A stretch of 64,000 nucleotides of DNA from Mobula hypostoma (GCF_963921235.1 NC_086097.1:243104001-243168000), one strand, 5' to 3'; counted from the first letter of the stretch, positions 12,215 through 25,705 are shown. Numbers and translations: made by a program. The notes: a model not told the origin generated them from the sequence alone.

Positions 12215-14293
12215 GGCGGTTCTGGTGACGTCATCGTTCAGAATGGCAGCTTAAATCAACAGCTCCTCCGGAAAAACGGATATTTTGCCCCGTTAATGCA
12301 TCAAATCTAAGATCTTTCGAACATATCTGAATTGATAAGGGGAGGGGGGGGCAAGAATGGAGATTAAAAAAGCCCCGCTGCGGAGCCTGTGGAAGAGGGA
12401 GGTGTGGCGCGCGGCTCTCCTACACGTGCGCGTGGCGGCAAGGCTGACGCCGGGCCTCGTGCGGACGACGAAGCGGCAAATACGAAGAAGATTCTGGAAG
12501 AGATAAGGGAAGTCCAAAAGGATATAACACAACAACTCAATGATATAAGGTCAGAGCTCGCCAATGTCAATCGGAAAATAGCGGCGGCAGAGACTCGAAC
12601 TGAGAAGGTGGAAGACCGCGTGCAATTCGTGGAACAGGTACTAAGTAAGACGATAAAAAATATCAAATCAACAGGAAAGTAAGTTGCTTGACCAGGAGGG
12701 AAGATCGCGTCGGGAAAATGTCAGGATTTATAATGTTCCCGAAGGAGCGGAGGGATTATCGATGATGGACTTTGTAGAAAAGCTGCTGTGGGAAGCGCTA
12801 GAGATCCCCCCAACTATGGAGATGGAAATAGGTAAGTTCTCTCGGCCGACGGCCAGCCAGAGACAGATAAAGTAAACCGCGATCCCTTGTACTTACATTT
12901 CTCCGATTCAAGGACAAGGCAGAGATTCTGCGAAGGGCCTGGGGTAAGAAGAGGGTTTTTTGGAACGGTTAGTTAATATACTTCGATCATGATTACCCCC
13001 CAGCGGTCCTACAGAAACGGAAGGAATATTCAGAAGCAAAACGAATATTAAAGCAAGAAAAGATTAAATTCCAAACCCCGTACCTTGCTAAGCTGAGGGT
13101 ATTTTACCAAGAGGGGATATGACTATACCAGACGGTGGAAGAGGCGACTACAGACATGAACAATAAATAGAGGACTGTCCATTAGCGTGGTCAAACCAAG
13201 GGAAAGTCTGGCTGAGCAGTTATCCCGATCTGCTGGGGAAATAGTAAGAGAACCGAGAAAGCAGGAGACGGGAGCAGGACGAGAGAAGGATATTAGGAAG
13301 GGACTATCAGTTCTCCGAGGACAGCCCTCGCCTCCTCCAGAAGAGCCATAAGGTTTGGCTAACTTTAAAAGTGCTGATAAACTAAGCGAAAGCAAAAATA
13401 GACGGTGATATACCTGTCTCGAGAAATACGTTTTATAATGTGGTTTTTATATTAATTTAAAAAAAAATTCATTTATTCATTCCTTTTCCCCCATCTAAAT
13501 GAGAATATATACATGGGTGGAATGCACAGGGAAATCATTTCTGTGTAATGGACATAGTTTTTTTTAACTTACTTTTATAGGTACTGCAGCGGGGGCCCTC
13601 AACCCACAGGTAGGAGGGACTATCCCCCACGGCTAGACTTTTCTGCTAGCCCAACCCAGGGTCATCTAGAGACCCCAGCCTTGGACCCACACCTTTCTTT
13701 TTATTATTCACTTTTCTTGGTTCTTCTTTGTTCAGGGAGTAGATCGATTAAGTTATATTCGGCAAATTTCAATGGTATACTAACTTAGAGAGTAAGACCG
13801 TATATTTTGGGTATATACCTCAAGAATGGTTGAAAAGAGATAAATATAAATGTTTAATGAATGTACTGCTGGTGACTGGTAAAAAGACCCTTACCCGGAA
13901 ATGGTTATCTCAGGAGAGCCCAACTTTAAATGTATGGATGGAAATTACAATGGATATTTACAAAATGGAGAAGATAACAGCATCTGTTAATCTTAAGTTG
14001 GAACAATATTATTCATACTGGAAAAAACGGTTTAACTACATAACGTCTTATAGGCCTGATTTTATTCTCACAATCAATGAATATGTTGTTTAAAAAAATC
14101 ACTCCCTACTCTGTACATAGTTTTCTTCTTTTGATTGTTCTTTCTTTCCTCTTCTTACTGTAAGAGTATACTTCAGATAAATATGTGGAGATTTGTGACA
14201 AATATGATTATATGATATATATGTACAGTATCTGAAATACATCTTATGGAAATGTTTGATGATGAAATTCAATAAAAAATAAATTACAAAAAA
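12215..14293 (+). mobile_element. L1-clade element with 5' UTR and ORF1 but only the last ~100 codons of ORF2 (HAL1-like)
   Basis: 11-bp TSD AAGGATATTGA (12204-14 and 14294-304), AATAAA and A-tail. ORF1 coiled coil plus EGRSRRENVRIYNVPEG. ORF2 C-terminal KKTLTRKW...W..MEK..W at 13830..14093. Confidence 0.88.
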
Positions 14294-15992
14294 AAGGATA
14301 TTGAATTGTGTAAGGTAAGGGAAACAGGTAGGGAAATTATAGAAGTTATGATGTTTAAAGAAGAGGAAGTACTGGGGCTTTTAAGGAACAGAAACGTGGA
14401 TAAGTCTCTGGGTATGGTTATGTGGTTATATGGTCCTGACAGGATATTCCCTAGGACCTTGAGGGAAGTTAATGTAGAAATAGCAGGGGCTCTGACAGAA
14501 ATATTTCAGATGTCATTAGAAACGGGGATGGTGCCGGAGGAATGGTGTATTGCTCATGTTGTTCCATTGTTTAAAAACGGTTCTAAGAGTAAACCTAGCA
14601 ATTATCGGCCTGTGAGTTTGACGTCAGTGGTGGGTAAATTGATGAAAAGTATTCTTAGAGATGGTATATATAATTATCTGGATAGACAGGGTCTGATTAG
14701 GAACAGTCAACATGGATTTGTGTGTGGAAGGTCATGTCTGACAAATCTTACTGAATTTTTTGGAAGAGGTTACTAGGAAAGTTGACAAGGGTAAAGCAGT
14801 GGATGTTGTCAATATGGACTTCAGTAAGGCCTTTGACAAGGTCCCACACAGAAGGTTAGTTAGGAAGGTTTAATCGTTAGGTATTAATATTGAAGTAGTA
14901 AAATGGATTCAGCAGTGGCTGGATGGGAGACGCCAGAGAGTAGTGGTGGATAACTGTTTGTCAGGTTGGAGGCCGGTGACTAGTGGTGTGCCTCAGGGAT
15001 CTGCACTGGGTCCAATGTTGTTTGTCATATACATTAATGGTCTGGATGATGGAGTGGTAAATTGGATTAGTAAGTATACAGATGATACTAAGATAGGTGG
15101 CGTTGTGGATAATGAAGTAGGTTTTCAAAGCTTGCGGAGAGATTTAGGCCAGTTAGAAGAGTGGGCTGAAAGATGGCAGATGGAGTTTAATGCTGATAAA
15201 TGTGAGGAGCTACATTTTGGTAGGACTAATCAAAATAGGACATACATGGTAAATGGTAGGGCATTGAAGAATGCAGTATAACAGAGGGATCTAGGAATTA
15301 TGGTGCATAGTTCCCTGAAGGTGGAATCTCATGTGGATAGGTTGGTGAAGAAAGCTTTTGGTATGCTGGCCTTTATAAATCAGAGCATTGAGTATAGGAG
15401 TTGGGATGTAATGTTGAAATTGGACAAGGCATTGGTAAGGCCAAATTTGGAGTATTGTGTACAGTTCTGGTCACCGAATTATAGGAAAGATGTCAACAAA
15501 ATAGAGTACAGAGAAGATTTACTAGAATGTTACCTAGGTTTCAGCATCTAAGTTACAGAGAAATGTTGAACAAGTTAGGTCTTTATTCTTTGGAGCGTAC
15601 AAGGTTGGGGGGGGGTACTTGATAGAGGTATTTAAAATTATGAGTGGGATAGATAGAGTTGATGTGGATAGGTTTTTTCCATTGAGAGTAGGGGAGATTC
15701 AAACAAGAGGACATAAGTTGAGAGTTAGGGGGCACAAGTTTAGGGATAACATGAGGGGGAACTTCTTTTCTCAGAGTGGTAGCTGTGTGGAATGAGCTTC
15801 CAGCAGAAGTGGTAGAGGCAGGTTCGATATTGTCATTTAAAGTAAAATTGGATAGATATATGGACAGGAAAGGAATGGAGGGTTATGGGCTGAGTGCAGG
15901 TCGGTGGGACTAGGTGAGAGTAAACGTTTGGCACAGACTAGTAGGGCTGAGAGCCTGTTTCCGTGCTGAAATTGTTATCTGGTTATATGGTT

Positions 15993-17813
15993 AAAGGAGA
16001 TGGAAGAAAGCAAATCCTATAGAATATAAGTCCTTAGATAAAAAAGTTAAAAGCTTATATCAAAAAGCCAAAGAAGAATGGTTAAACCTGGAATGTGAGC
16101 AAATAGAAAGAATCCCTATTACTGATCCAAAAAGGTTACATCAACAAATCAAGAACATCACTGGTAAAAAGCTCCTCTGTTCTTCAGGTGGATGTTTGAA
16201 AGCAAAGGACGGTACCATTATCATGGAAAAAGATGAGGTTATAAACAGATGGACTGAGTATATTCAGGAATTGTTTGAAGACGATTGAGGCGAAAAACCA
16301 GAAATTAAGAAAAACATTGAAGGTCCAAGTATTTTAAAATCTGAAGTTCGTAATGCAATAATTAAGATGAAGAAAGGCAGCAGATCCTGATGAATTAGTA
16401 ATAGAACAAATTATTGCCCTTGAAAATTATGGAATTGAAAAACTCACTGATTTAATCAATGACATTTATGAAACTGGAATAATACCAGAAGAGATGAAAA
16501 AATCAGTATTTATCACTCTTCCTAAGAAAGCTGGAGCAATAGAATATGAATTACATAAGACCATAAGTTTAGTGAGTCATATCACCAAGATACTTCTGAG
16601 AATTTTGATGACAAGAGCTAGAAGTAAGATACAAGCTGAAGAACAATGTGGTTTTGTGAAAGACAAAGGTACAAGAAATGCAATATTGATGTTAAGGATA
16701 CTATCAGAACGAGCTATTCAAATGCAAAAAGATTTGTTTGTTTTATCGACTACACAAAAGCATTTGATAAAGTGAAGCACAATAAGTTATTTGAAATATT
16801 ACAGAAAACTCTAGATCCAGATTCGAAAGACCTCTGCCTAATCAGAAATCTGTACTGGGAACAAATTGCCACTGTAAGAATGGATGAAGAAGTGAGTCAG
16901 TTTACGAAAATCAAGAGAGACGTTAGACAAGTGTATGTTTTCTGCCCTGTTTTATTTAATGTGTACAGTGAAACAATATTACAAAAAATAAGAGACATCT
17001 TGGGAATCAAAGTTGGTGGTGAAAACATCAATAATTTCAGATATGCAGATGACACTGTGTTAATTGCAAGTACGGAGGAAGAACTACGAAAATTAATTGA
17101 TACAGTTGTTGAAGAAAGTGCAAAAATGGGTCTACCTATCAATTGCAAAAAGACAGAATGTATGGTGATACCCAAAAAGAAGGAGAATCCTATCTGCAGG
17201 CTGAGAATAAATGGGGAGGACATAAAACAAGTACAGAACTTTTGCTACTTAGGAAGCCGGGTGACATCAGATGGCAGGTGCGACTTGGACTTCAAAAGAA
17301 GAATAGGGATGGCAAAAGACACCTTTACGAAAATGAAGACCAATACTAAGCTAGGCATGACAACCCACCTCAGAGCACTGAAATGTTATGTTTATCCAGT
17401 TATGTTATATGGCTCAGAATGTTGGACAATATCTAGTAACATGAGGAAACAAATTGTAGCAGCAGTGATGTGGTTTTTGCTGAGGATGCAAAAAATATCA
17501 TGGACAAAACGAATATCTAACGAGGATGTCATGAACAGAGCAAACAAAAAGAGAAATAATGTATGAGATCATGAAAAGGCAATGTAACTTCATTGGACAT
17601 GTGATTAGGAAAGAGGAGTTAGAATGCACGGTAATTATGGGAAAGATTGAAGGGAAGAAAGCAAGAGGAAGGCAAAGACAAATGATGATGGAGACAGCAG
17701 CCAGAGAACTGGAAATGAACACCAATGAATTGATCCACTTGACCCGAAACAGGAGTGTGTGGGTCGTGGCAGTCAAAGCTCAAACTGGGCACGGCACCTG
17801 ATGATGATGATGA
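15993..17813 (+). mobile_element. RTE-clade LINE, 3' part (RT) with (TGA)n tail
   Basis: FIDYTKAFDKV and NFRYADDTVL RT motifs. Frame continues from 7477 (WMTDEIKNLMEE|RRWKKANP). Right TSD TGAGCATC at 17814-17821. Confidence 0.93.
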
Positions 17814-18083
17814 TGAGCATCGTGAGGCACTGCTGAGGCTGGCCCTGCGCATGCGTCGTGGTGTTGTGTCGCGATTTCCATGGAAGATGGTATCAGCTCG
17901 GGTTGTGGAAAGCAGGGCCTGGTGATTGACGAGAGAGCAATTTTATAGGAATATATAACACTGCATGCATTCTGTAAGTTAGCGCATTTTAAGTTGATTT
18001 AGTCAAAAAAAGTGCTGCTGTAATGCACCGTTTGGGCTAATTGGAGTCACAAACAGAGCATGAGAATTTTAGTACGATATAGA
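17814..18083 (-). mobile_element. Helitron 5' end (continuation of 4718-5982)
   Basis: 17814-17900 repeats the ~90-bp unit at 5885-5972. The minus strand begins A|TCTATATCGTACTAAAATTCTC, i.e. a 5'-TC terminus after a host A. Confidence 0.8.
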
Positions 18084-18099
18084 TATTATAATTAAAGAT

Positions 18100-20260
18100 A
18101 ATCTTTATCTTTATTTGTCCAAGCACTATATTGGACTGGACTGGGCTAGGCTGGGCTGAACTGAATGTTCAGGACTGTTTTGATGACTGTGGTTTAATGT
18201 TTTATATTCTTCGTTTTCCACTCGTTTTTTGCCTATTCTGCAATTTGTTCTTTTTTTGCACATTGGAGGTTTGTTGTTTTTCTTTGAACGGATTCCATGG
18301 TTTTCTGTTTTGTCGCTATCTATGGGAAGATGAATCTTGGTCCCTGCACCATTCCTCAGCCACACATTCACCTGCCAAATGGTCCTATTCTTACCCTCGC
18401 TGGCACGAGGCACAGGCAGCGATCCAGAGATTACTACCCTGGAGGTCCTGTTTCTCAGCTTTCTACCGAGCTCCCTAAACTCTCTTTTCAGGAGAATCAG
18501 GTTTAATATCATTTACATATGTCGTGAAATTTGTTGTTTTGCAGCAACAGTGCAGTGCAAGACTCCAAAAATCTACACATTATATAAGAAATATATATAA
18601 AATATCAAATTAAATAAGTGGTGCAAAAAGAGCTAAAATTGTGAGGTAATATTCATGGGCCCTTTGGCTCACAGTGCTGTGCCAAACATGTACTTACTTT
18701 AGAAATTACCTAGCCCTCTACTTTTCTAAGCTCCATGTACCTATCCAGGAGTCTCTTAAAAGCCGCTATTGTATCTGCCTCCACCACCGTTGCTGGCAGC
18801 CCATTCCCCCCCCTGAACTTGCCTCATCATTGCTCGCCCTTTTGCTGTTTGTGTCGATAATTTAACACAGTTTACCTTAGAAAAAGCATTTTTAGTAATG
18901 TTTTTTGTCAGATTTCTTAGCTTTTTGACGAGCAGAAGCTGTCGCACACGTTTGGTAACGCAGGGTTGTATACTGCATACATACTTCCATAATAAATATA
19001 CTTTGAATCTTTATTATTGTCAAATGTACCGAGGTACAGTGAAAAACTTGCCTTGCATACTGTCTATGCAGATCAATTCATTACAATGGAGCATTGAGGT
19101 AGCGCAAGGAAAACAATAACAGAGAGCAGACTAAAGTGTAACAATTCAGAGAAAGGACAGTGCAGGCAGACAACGAAGTGTAAGGTTACAAAATGATAGA
19201 TTGTGTGGTCAAGAGTTCATGGTATTGGATTAGGAAAATATTCAATAGTTTTATAGCGGTAGGGTAGAACTTATCCTTGAGCCTGCTGGTCTTCTGATTG
19301 AAGGGTGCAAGAAAGAATGTCCAGGGAGGGGGAGATCTTTAAGTTCAAAGGTTCAAAGTTCAAAATAAATTTATTCTCAAATTGCATACATACTACAATA
19401 TTCTTTATTCACAGGGAAATAAAGAAATACAATAGAATGTATGGAAAACCATACATAATCAGACAGACTGACAAACAACCAAACTGCAAAAGAAGACAAA
19501 CTACAAATTAAAATTGTGACTGTGAATATAAGTTATAAAGAGCCTTTGAACTTGAGTACGAACAGTTCGGGATTGTAGCCACTGAATTAATCCACACCGA
19601 TTCAGGACCCTGAGAGTTGTAGGATAATAACTGTTCCTGAATGGTGAGGTGTGGGTCTGAAGCATTCCGTATTTTGTGCCTGATGGTTGCAGTGAGAAGA
19701 GAGCCTAGCCTGGGTGGTGAGGGACCTTGATGGGGGATGCTGCTTTCCTGCAGCTGTGCTCCATGTAAATGTATTCAACAGTGGGGAGGTCTTTCCCTGT
19801 GATGGATTGGGCTTTATCCATCTTTTTCAGTAACCTTTTCTAATCCTATGCATTGGTTTTTCCACGAGGCTGCAATGCAACCAGTCAGGATACTCTGCAC
19901 TGTGCATTTGTAGAAGTTTGTCAATGTTTTTGGTGGCATGCCAAACTTTTGAGAAAGTAAGTGACACTTATGTGCTGGCTCCAGGCAGCTTGTCTGACAT
20001 GACAGTGCCAAGGAATTCAAAGTTACTGATTCTCTCCGCCTCTGATCCTCTAATGAGGACTGGCTTATGGACCTCCAGCTTCTAGGAGCAAAGGTTTAGG
20101 ATGAGAGGGGGAGGGGAAAGCTTAAGTTTTAAAAGTGACCAGAGGAGCAACTTTTTCCATGCAGTGGGTGCTGAAGATCTAGAAGGAGCTGCCAGAGGAA
20201 GGTACAACAGTATTTGTTAAAATAAACATTCGGTACATAGAGAGAAGGGTCTGAGAGAGA
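18100..20260. repeat. Mosaic of old LINE fragments (CR1 ORF1 and 3' pieces; Rex1/Babar-type RT C-terminus and tails)
   Basis: CR1 esterase piece at 18340-18495 (minus). Rex-type FYKCTVQSILTGCI at 19814..20020 (minus). Confidence 0.65.
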
Positions 20261-20261
20261 T

Positions 20262-21915
20262 AAGACTATAAGACCGAGGAGCAGAATTAGGCCATTCAGC
20301 CCATTGAGTCTGCTCTGCCATTCCATCAACCACATACCCCAGATCCCACTCAACCACATACACCTTGTCATATCCTTTGATGCCCTGACCGATCAGGAAA
20401 TGATCAACATCCAGCTTAAGTATACCCATGGGCGTGGCTTCCACCGCAGTCTGTGGCAGAGCATTCCACAGATTCATTGCTCTCTGGATAAAAAAAATCC
20501 TCTTTACCTCTGCTCTAAAAGTTTACTTCTCAATTTTGAAGCTGTGCCCCCTAGTTCTGGATACCCCCACCATAGGAAACATCCTCTCCACATCCACCTT
20601 ATCTAGTCCTTTCAACGTTCAGCAGGTTTCAATGAGATCCCCACACATTCTTCTTAAATTCCAGTGAGTACAGGCCCAAAGCTGCCAAACGCTTCTCATA
20701 TGTTAACCCTTTCATTTCTGGAATCGCCCACTTGAACCTCCTCTGGACTCTCTTCAAAGAAAGCACATCCTTTCTGAGATATAGGACCCCAAACTATTGA
20801 CAATACCCCAAATGCAGCCTGATTAGTGTCTTATTAAGCCTCAGCATTGCCTCTTTATAATTTATATTCAATTCCCTTTGAAATAAGTGTCAACATTGCA
20901 TTTACCTTCTTTACCAGAGACTCAAGCTGTAAATTAATCTTCTGGGAGTCTTTCATGAGGACTCCTAAGCCCTTCTGCACCTCTGATGTTTGAACCTTCT
21001 CCCCATTTAAATAATAGGTTGCACTATTGTTCCTTTTACCAAAATGTATTGTCATACATTTCCAACACTGTATTTCATCTGTTATTTTTTTGCCCATTCT
21101 TCCAATTTGTTTAAGTCCTGCTGCAATCACATTGCTTCCTCAGCACTACCTACCCCTGCACCTATCTTCGTATCATATTGCAGACTTTGCCACAAAGCTA
21201 TCAATTCCATTATCCAAATCATTGACAAACAATGTGAAAAGTAACAGTTCCAAAACTGACCCCACTAGTCACTGGTGGCTAACCAGAAAAGGCCCCTTTT
21301 ATTCCCACTCGCTGCCTCCTGCCTATCAGCTATTCCTCTATCCATGCTGGATCTTTCCTGTAAAACCATAGGATTTTATCTTGTTAAGCAGTCTCATGTG
21401 TGGCACCTTATCAAATGCTTTGTTTATCCTGCTTGTGGAGAGACATTTGTAATCTTCCAGTCCTCCAGGGCCATGCCAGAATCAAATGATTCTTGAAAGA
21501 TCATGACCAATGCATCTGTTATCTCTTCAGCAACCCCTCTCAGTACTCTGGGATGTAGTCCATCTGGTCCAGGTGACTTATCCATCTTAAGACCTTTGAG
21601 TTCATCTAGCATTTTTTCCTTTGTAATAGCAATGGCACTCACTCCTGCTCCCTGACACTAATGGACCACTGACATAGTGTTAGTGTCTTCCATAGTAAAG
21701 ACAGATGCAAAGTGTCTGTTAAGTTCAACTGCCATTTCTTTGTCCCCCATTACTACCTCACCAGCATCATTTTCCAGTCGTCCAATATCAATTCTCACCT
21801 CCATTTACTCTTTATATATCTGAAAACACTTTATTTTAATTACTGGTGAATTTTCCCTCACGTTTCATCTTTTCCCTTCTTATGGCTTTTTTGTTGCCTT
21901 TTGCTGGATTTTTAA
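20262..21915 (-). mobile_element. CR1 LINE, 5'-truncated and internally deleted
   Basis: DKSPGPDGLHPRVL (21424..21642), LWNALPQ (20217..20477), and the 3' tail at about 20262. Confidence 0.88.
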
Positions 21916-22049
21916 AGCTTGGATATGGGTGGAAAGTAGAAAATTAGGACAGGTTGGTGGGCGTCATGGTTGGGATGGGCTGACAGACCTGCATCTGTAC
22001 TGTGTTGCTCTATGTCCCTGTCAGTTGGTGGGGTGGGGGGGGGAGGGTG

Positions 22050-24500
22050 TAGAGGTCACTGGATGGGGTAAGTATATAACTCAAAAATGATACCTGGTCT
22101 TTATGGAACTCACATTTCTCAGGCTTGGTTACTTTCAAAGAGTCAACTGAGAACCCTGCGAACATGCTGGATGTGTTCCTGATGAGAGTGGGAATAGACA
22201 AGGATATCATCTAAGTACACAAAAACAGACTGGTTCAACATGTCCCTGAGCACGTCATTAACTAAGATCTGGAAAACAGCAGGTGCAAAAACTAGACCAA
22301 AGGATATTACAAGGTACTCAAAGTGGCCACCAGAGGCATTGAAACCTGTCTTCCACTCATTTCCTTCTCTCATACGAACCAGATTGTAACTGTTACGCAG
22401 GTCAATATCCGAAAATATGTTTGCTCCCTAGAGATGTTTGAATGCAGACGCCAGTAGAGGAAGAGGGTAGCGGTTCTTCACGGTGATGTTGTTTGGGGGC
22501 AGATAATTGATGCAAGGACAGAGCTTGCCATCTTCCTCCTGGTGAGGTTGACAGACGGATAAACCCCATGGCCAATGCCTCCTTGATGTATCCTTCCATG
22601 GTCACCATGTCAGGACAGGAGGGAAAAGAGCTGGCACCAGGGAGGACTAGTGCCAGCTAGCAGGTCTATGGTGCAGTCATACGGCTGGTGCAGAAGCAGG
22701 GGAGTGGCTTTCCTTTTACTGAAGACCTCAAGATGATCAGCATATTCCAATGGAATCCCAGACAGGTACAGATCCTTAGCTGACTCAGGAGGGGATGAAT
22801 GGATCGGAGCTGAGCTGGACCCAGTCAGATAGATAGGCATGCTGGTCCCCGCTCTTCAAGTGCTGCTGAGACCAATCGATCCATGGATTATGTCGGGTTA
22901 ACCAGGGGGACCAAGTACCAGTTCAGGCGAAGCAACCAGACAGGAGAGTTCTTCAGTATGGTCGCCATCCAGCACAAGTTAGAGGGGTTCAATGGGTCTG
23001 GCCTGTGCCCAGACATCAAACATCCAGGGCTTTGACGTTGATCTTTCCTCTTAATTCCTGAGTGAGAACTCCCCACCTTTGAGCTAGAGAGATGTTCATG
23101 AGATTCCCAGCCCCACTAGAGTTGATAAACGCCTTCCAATTTGTTTGGTCTCTGACCTCCACAACAAAGAAGCTGCGAGCATTACAGAATTAGGGGAAGC
23201 TGATTGAAGAGAAAACAAATCTGTCAGCCTCCCCTTCCTGCTGATGGGTATTCTCTTTTACTGGATGCCTGGGATATGCCACCCAAAAATATCCTGGACC
23301 GCCACATTAGAGGCAAGGACCTGTTCTCCTGCGCCACTCCTGTTTCTCCCGAGACAGGCACTTGTGCCCCACTTGCATAGGCTCCTCCGTGGTCTGGGTG
23401 CTGGCTGATGAGGGTGAGGGCGGGTTAAGACAGTGAAAGACAGTGATTTGATGGAGGGAAGGAAGCTCGAGACATTCTTTCCCTGTGTCACTAAGTTACC
23501 CAGTTGTCAACTCGAATAGCAAGATTAATCAGCCCAGCACATCTCACAAACCAATCTTCCATCCTTGGACTTACTTTACACCGCATGCTGTCGGAGCAGT
23601 GCTGCCAGGAAAATCAAGGATACGACCCACCCAGCCAACACACTTTTCGTCCCTCTTCCCTCTGGGAAAAGGCTCAGGAGCTTGAAGACTCGTATGGCCA
23701 GATTTGGGAACAGCTTCCTTCCAACCATGATAAGACTGCTGAACGGATCCTGACCCGGATCTGGGCCGTACCCTCCAAATATCCGGACCTGCCTCTCAGT
23801 TTTTTTTTTGCACTATCTTACTTTCCCTCTTCTATTTTCTATTTATGATTTATAATTTAAATTTTTAATATTTAATATCAATTTGTACTCCAGGGAGCAC
23901 GAAGCACAGAATCAAATATCGCTGTGATGATTGTACGCTCTAGTATCAATTGTTTGGTGACAATAAAGTATATAAAGTAAAGTAATAAAGTAATATAAAC
24001 TAATAAAGTATATAAAGTGATCAGGTCATCCAGACTGTTCTACTCATCCTGGACAGAGATCTCACACCGGAATCCTGTGTTTAATCCAGGCTGGAAGGCA
24101 GTGATGAGAGATCTCTCATTCCATCCCAACTCTACAACAAGTGTGCAAAATTTGACTGCATAGGTCCACACCATTCTTCTTCTTTGGGACAGGTCCAGGA
24201 GTCAGTGGGCAGCCTCTTGACCCTGCACTGGAAGGTAAAAAAACCCTCCTTAACTCTGCCACAAAATGTCAGAACGACTGGGCTGTGGGGTATCCTTGCT
24301 CCTGTAGAGCGTTGAACAGGCTGAGTGCAGTCCATCTCGGAGGCGACCATGTACGCCAGTTTTCGCGCATCATCACCAAAACGACCAGTCAGCTCACATT
24401 GGGTAATAAAATTTCGTCAGTGATCGGGATCACTAGAATATATATGTGACGGTGGAATGCTCGGTTCTTGTACAGACGCAGGGGTCTGTGATGGGAGCAT
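22050..24500 (-). mobile_element. Degenerate Ty3/Gypsy internal region (Sushi-like gag, protease region and RT), split by a LINE fragment
   Basis: RT EWKTGF...HFEYLV.FGL..APAVFQ...[10 protein letters not shown] (22143..22373). [19 protein letters not shown] (22610..22840). gag-like pieces to about 24420. Confidence 0.82.
23490..24018 (+). mobile_element. Rex1/Babar-type LINE 3' fragment with (TAAAG)n-like tail inserted in the Gypsy relic
   Basis: KDTTHPANTLFVPLPSGKRLRS...SFLP (23565..23753). AATAAA and tandem tail at 23962-24018. Confidence 0.78.
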
Positions 24501-24995
24501 TAGTGGTAGGGGAATTCTGAAAGCAGACATAATGATACACTTGCAGTATCAGCTTTACCCCATTCCAATATGTTAAAATATTTTTAAATTAAAGTTTCCC
24601 TCTTTACATTCATTTGTTAGAGTCAATAATTAAATCTTCCACTCTCTGCTGAGCTTTCCAAAGCCAGTGAGGCTTAATTTTTTGAACCAGACTTCATGAC
24701 TCCATTGGAAGTGCTGGGAAATTAAACCTTGAGGAAGCCTCAGTGCTAGTTAAGATTTGCTGTCATATTAGCTTTGTGGCTTTGCTGTTCTGTGAATTTC
24801 CGGTGATATAAAATTCCCAGTCTGCATAAATTTTTGGAACGCTCTCATCCTTCAAGCAGTGGGACATAATAACAATTTGTAGATGATGATAGATTTATCA
24901 TGAAAGGTGATGAGATTGACTTTATTAGTTGCGCATACATCAAAACACCCAAAACATACAGTAAGTGAAGTGTGCAGTTTGGGTGACTCACTCAC

Positions 24996-25160
24996 CTGGC
25001 TATTTCCTGATGAAGCCTCTCTACATTTTCTTTCTGACTCACATAGCTTTGTAACATCAGCAAACCATTTTCTCCTGAAGTATAATTCCCTGAACAAAAT
25101 TGTCGATGCAGATTGTCTGTACCTGGGGGTCGTGTACTAATTGCTGCTTTCCTGCCATGC
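24996..25160 (-). pseudogene. Candidate (pseudo)exon, copy A of a duplicated coding-like segment
   Basis: Acceptor ctctttctcag and donor-like GTGAG bound 165 bp with one open frame (HGRKAAISTRPPGTDNLHRQFCSG...). Paralogous to 35525-35730. Confidence 0.4.
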
Positions 25161-25187
25161 CTGAGAAAGAGCATAATATTTAAGATG

Positions 25188-25705
25188 AGTGATCATTTTA
25201 TTAGGTATCACCTGTACTTGATAAAATGCCCACTAACTTTATATTCATGATCTGCTACTGTAACCTAGCCTCTTCAAGCTTTGACGTGTTGTGCATTCAG
25301 GGATGCTCTTCTACATACCACTATTGTAATGCCTGGTTGTGTGAGTTACTGTCAGCTTGAACCAGTCTAGCCATTCTCCTTCACCTCTCTCATTAAGAAA
25401 GAATTTTCGGCCACAGAACTGCCACTCGCTGGATGTCTTTTTGTTTTATGCACCATCCTTCCTAAACTCGAGAGACCATTGTGCATGAAACCCCCAGGAG
25501 ATCAGCAGATACTCAAACCTCCCTATCTGGTACCGATAAACATTCCACGGTCAAAGTCACTTAGATCACTTTTCTTCCCCATTCTGATGGTTGGTCTGAG
25601 CAACAACCGAACCTCTTGATTGCATTTAGTTGCTGCCACATGATTAGATACTTGCATTAATGAGTAGGTGTACAGGTGTGTCTAATAATGTGACCATTGA
25701 GTTTA
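25188..25705. mobile_element. Tc1/mariner-derived MITE-like element (copy A)
   Basis: Decayed TIR of the gtggccactttattaggtacac type at both ends. Homologous to 35740-35935 plus 43283-43632. Confidence 0.7.

Larger units (their letters stand above)
7478..15992 (+). mobile_element. Full-length CR1 LINE (ORF1 zinc-finger/coiled-coil/esterase; ORF2 APE-RT), interrupted by three younger insertions
   Basis: ORF1 from about 7723 (MEAAVRAVECSIC...GDSIVRG...HVGTND). APE 8818-10150, RT 14306-15551, tail ggttatctggttatatggtt. CR1 reading resumes across each insertion. Confidence 0.92.
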
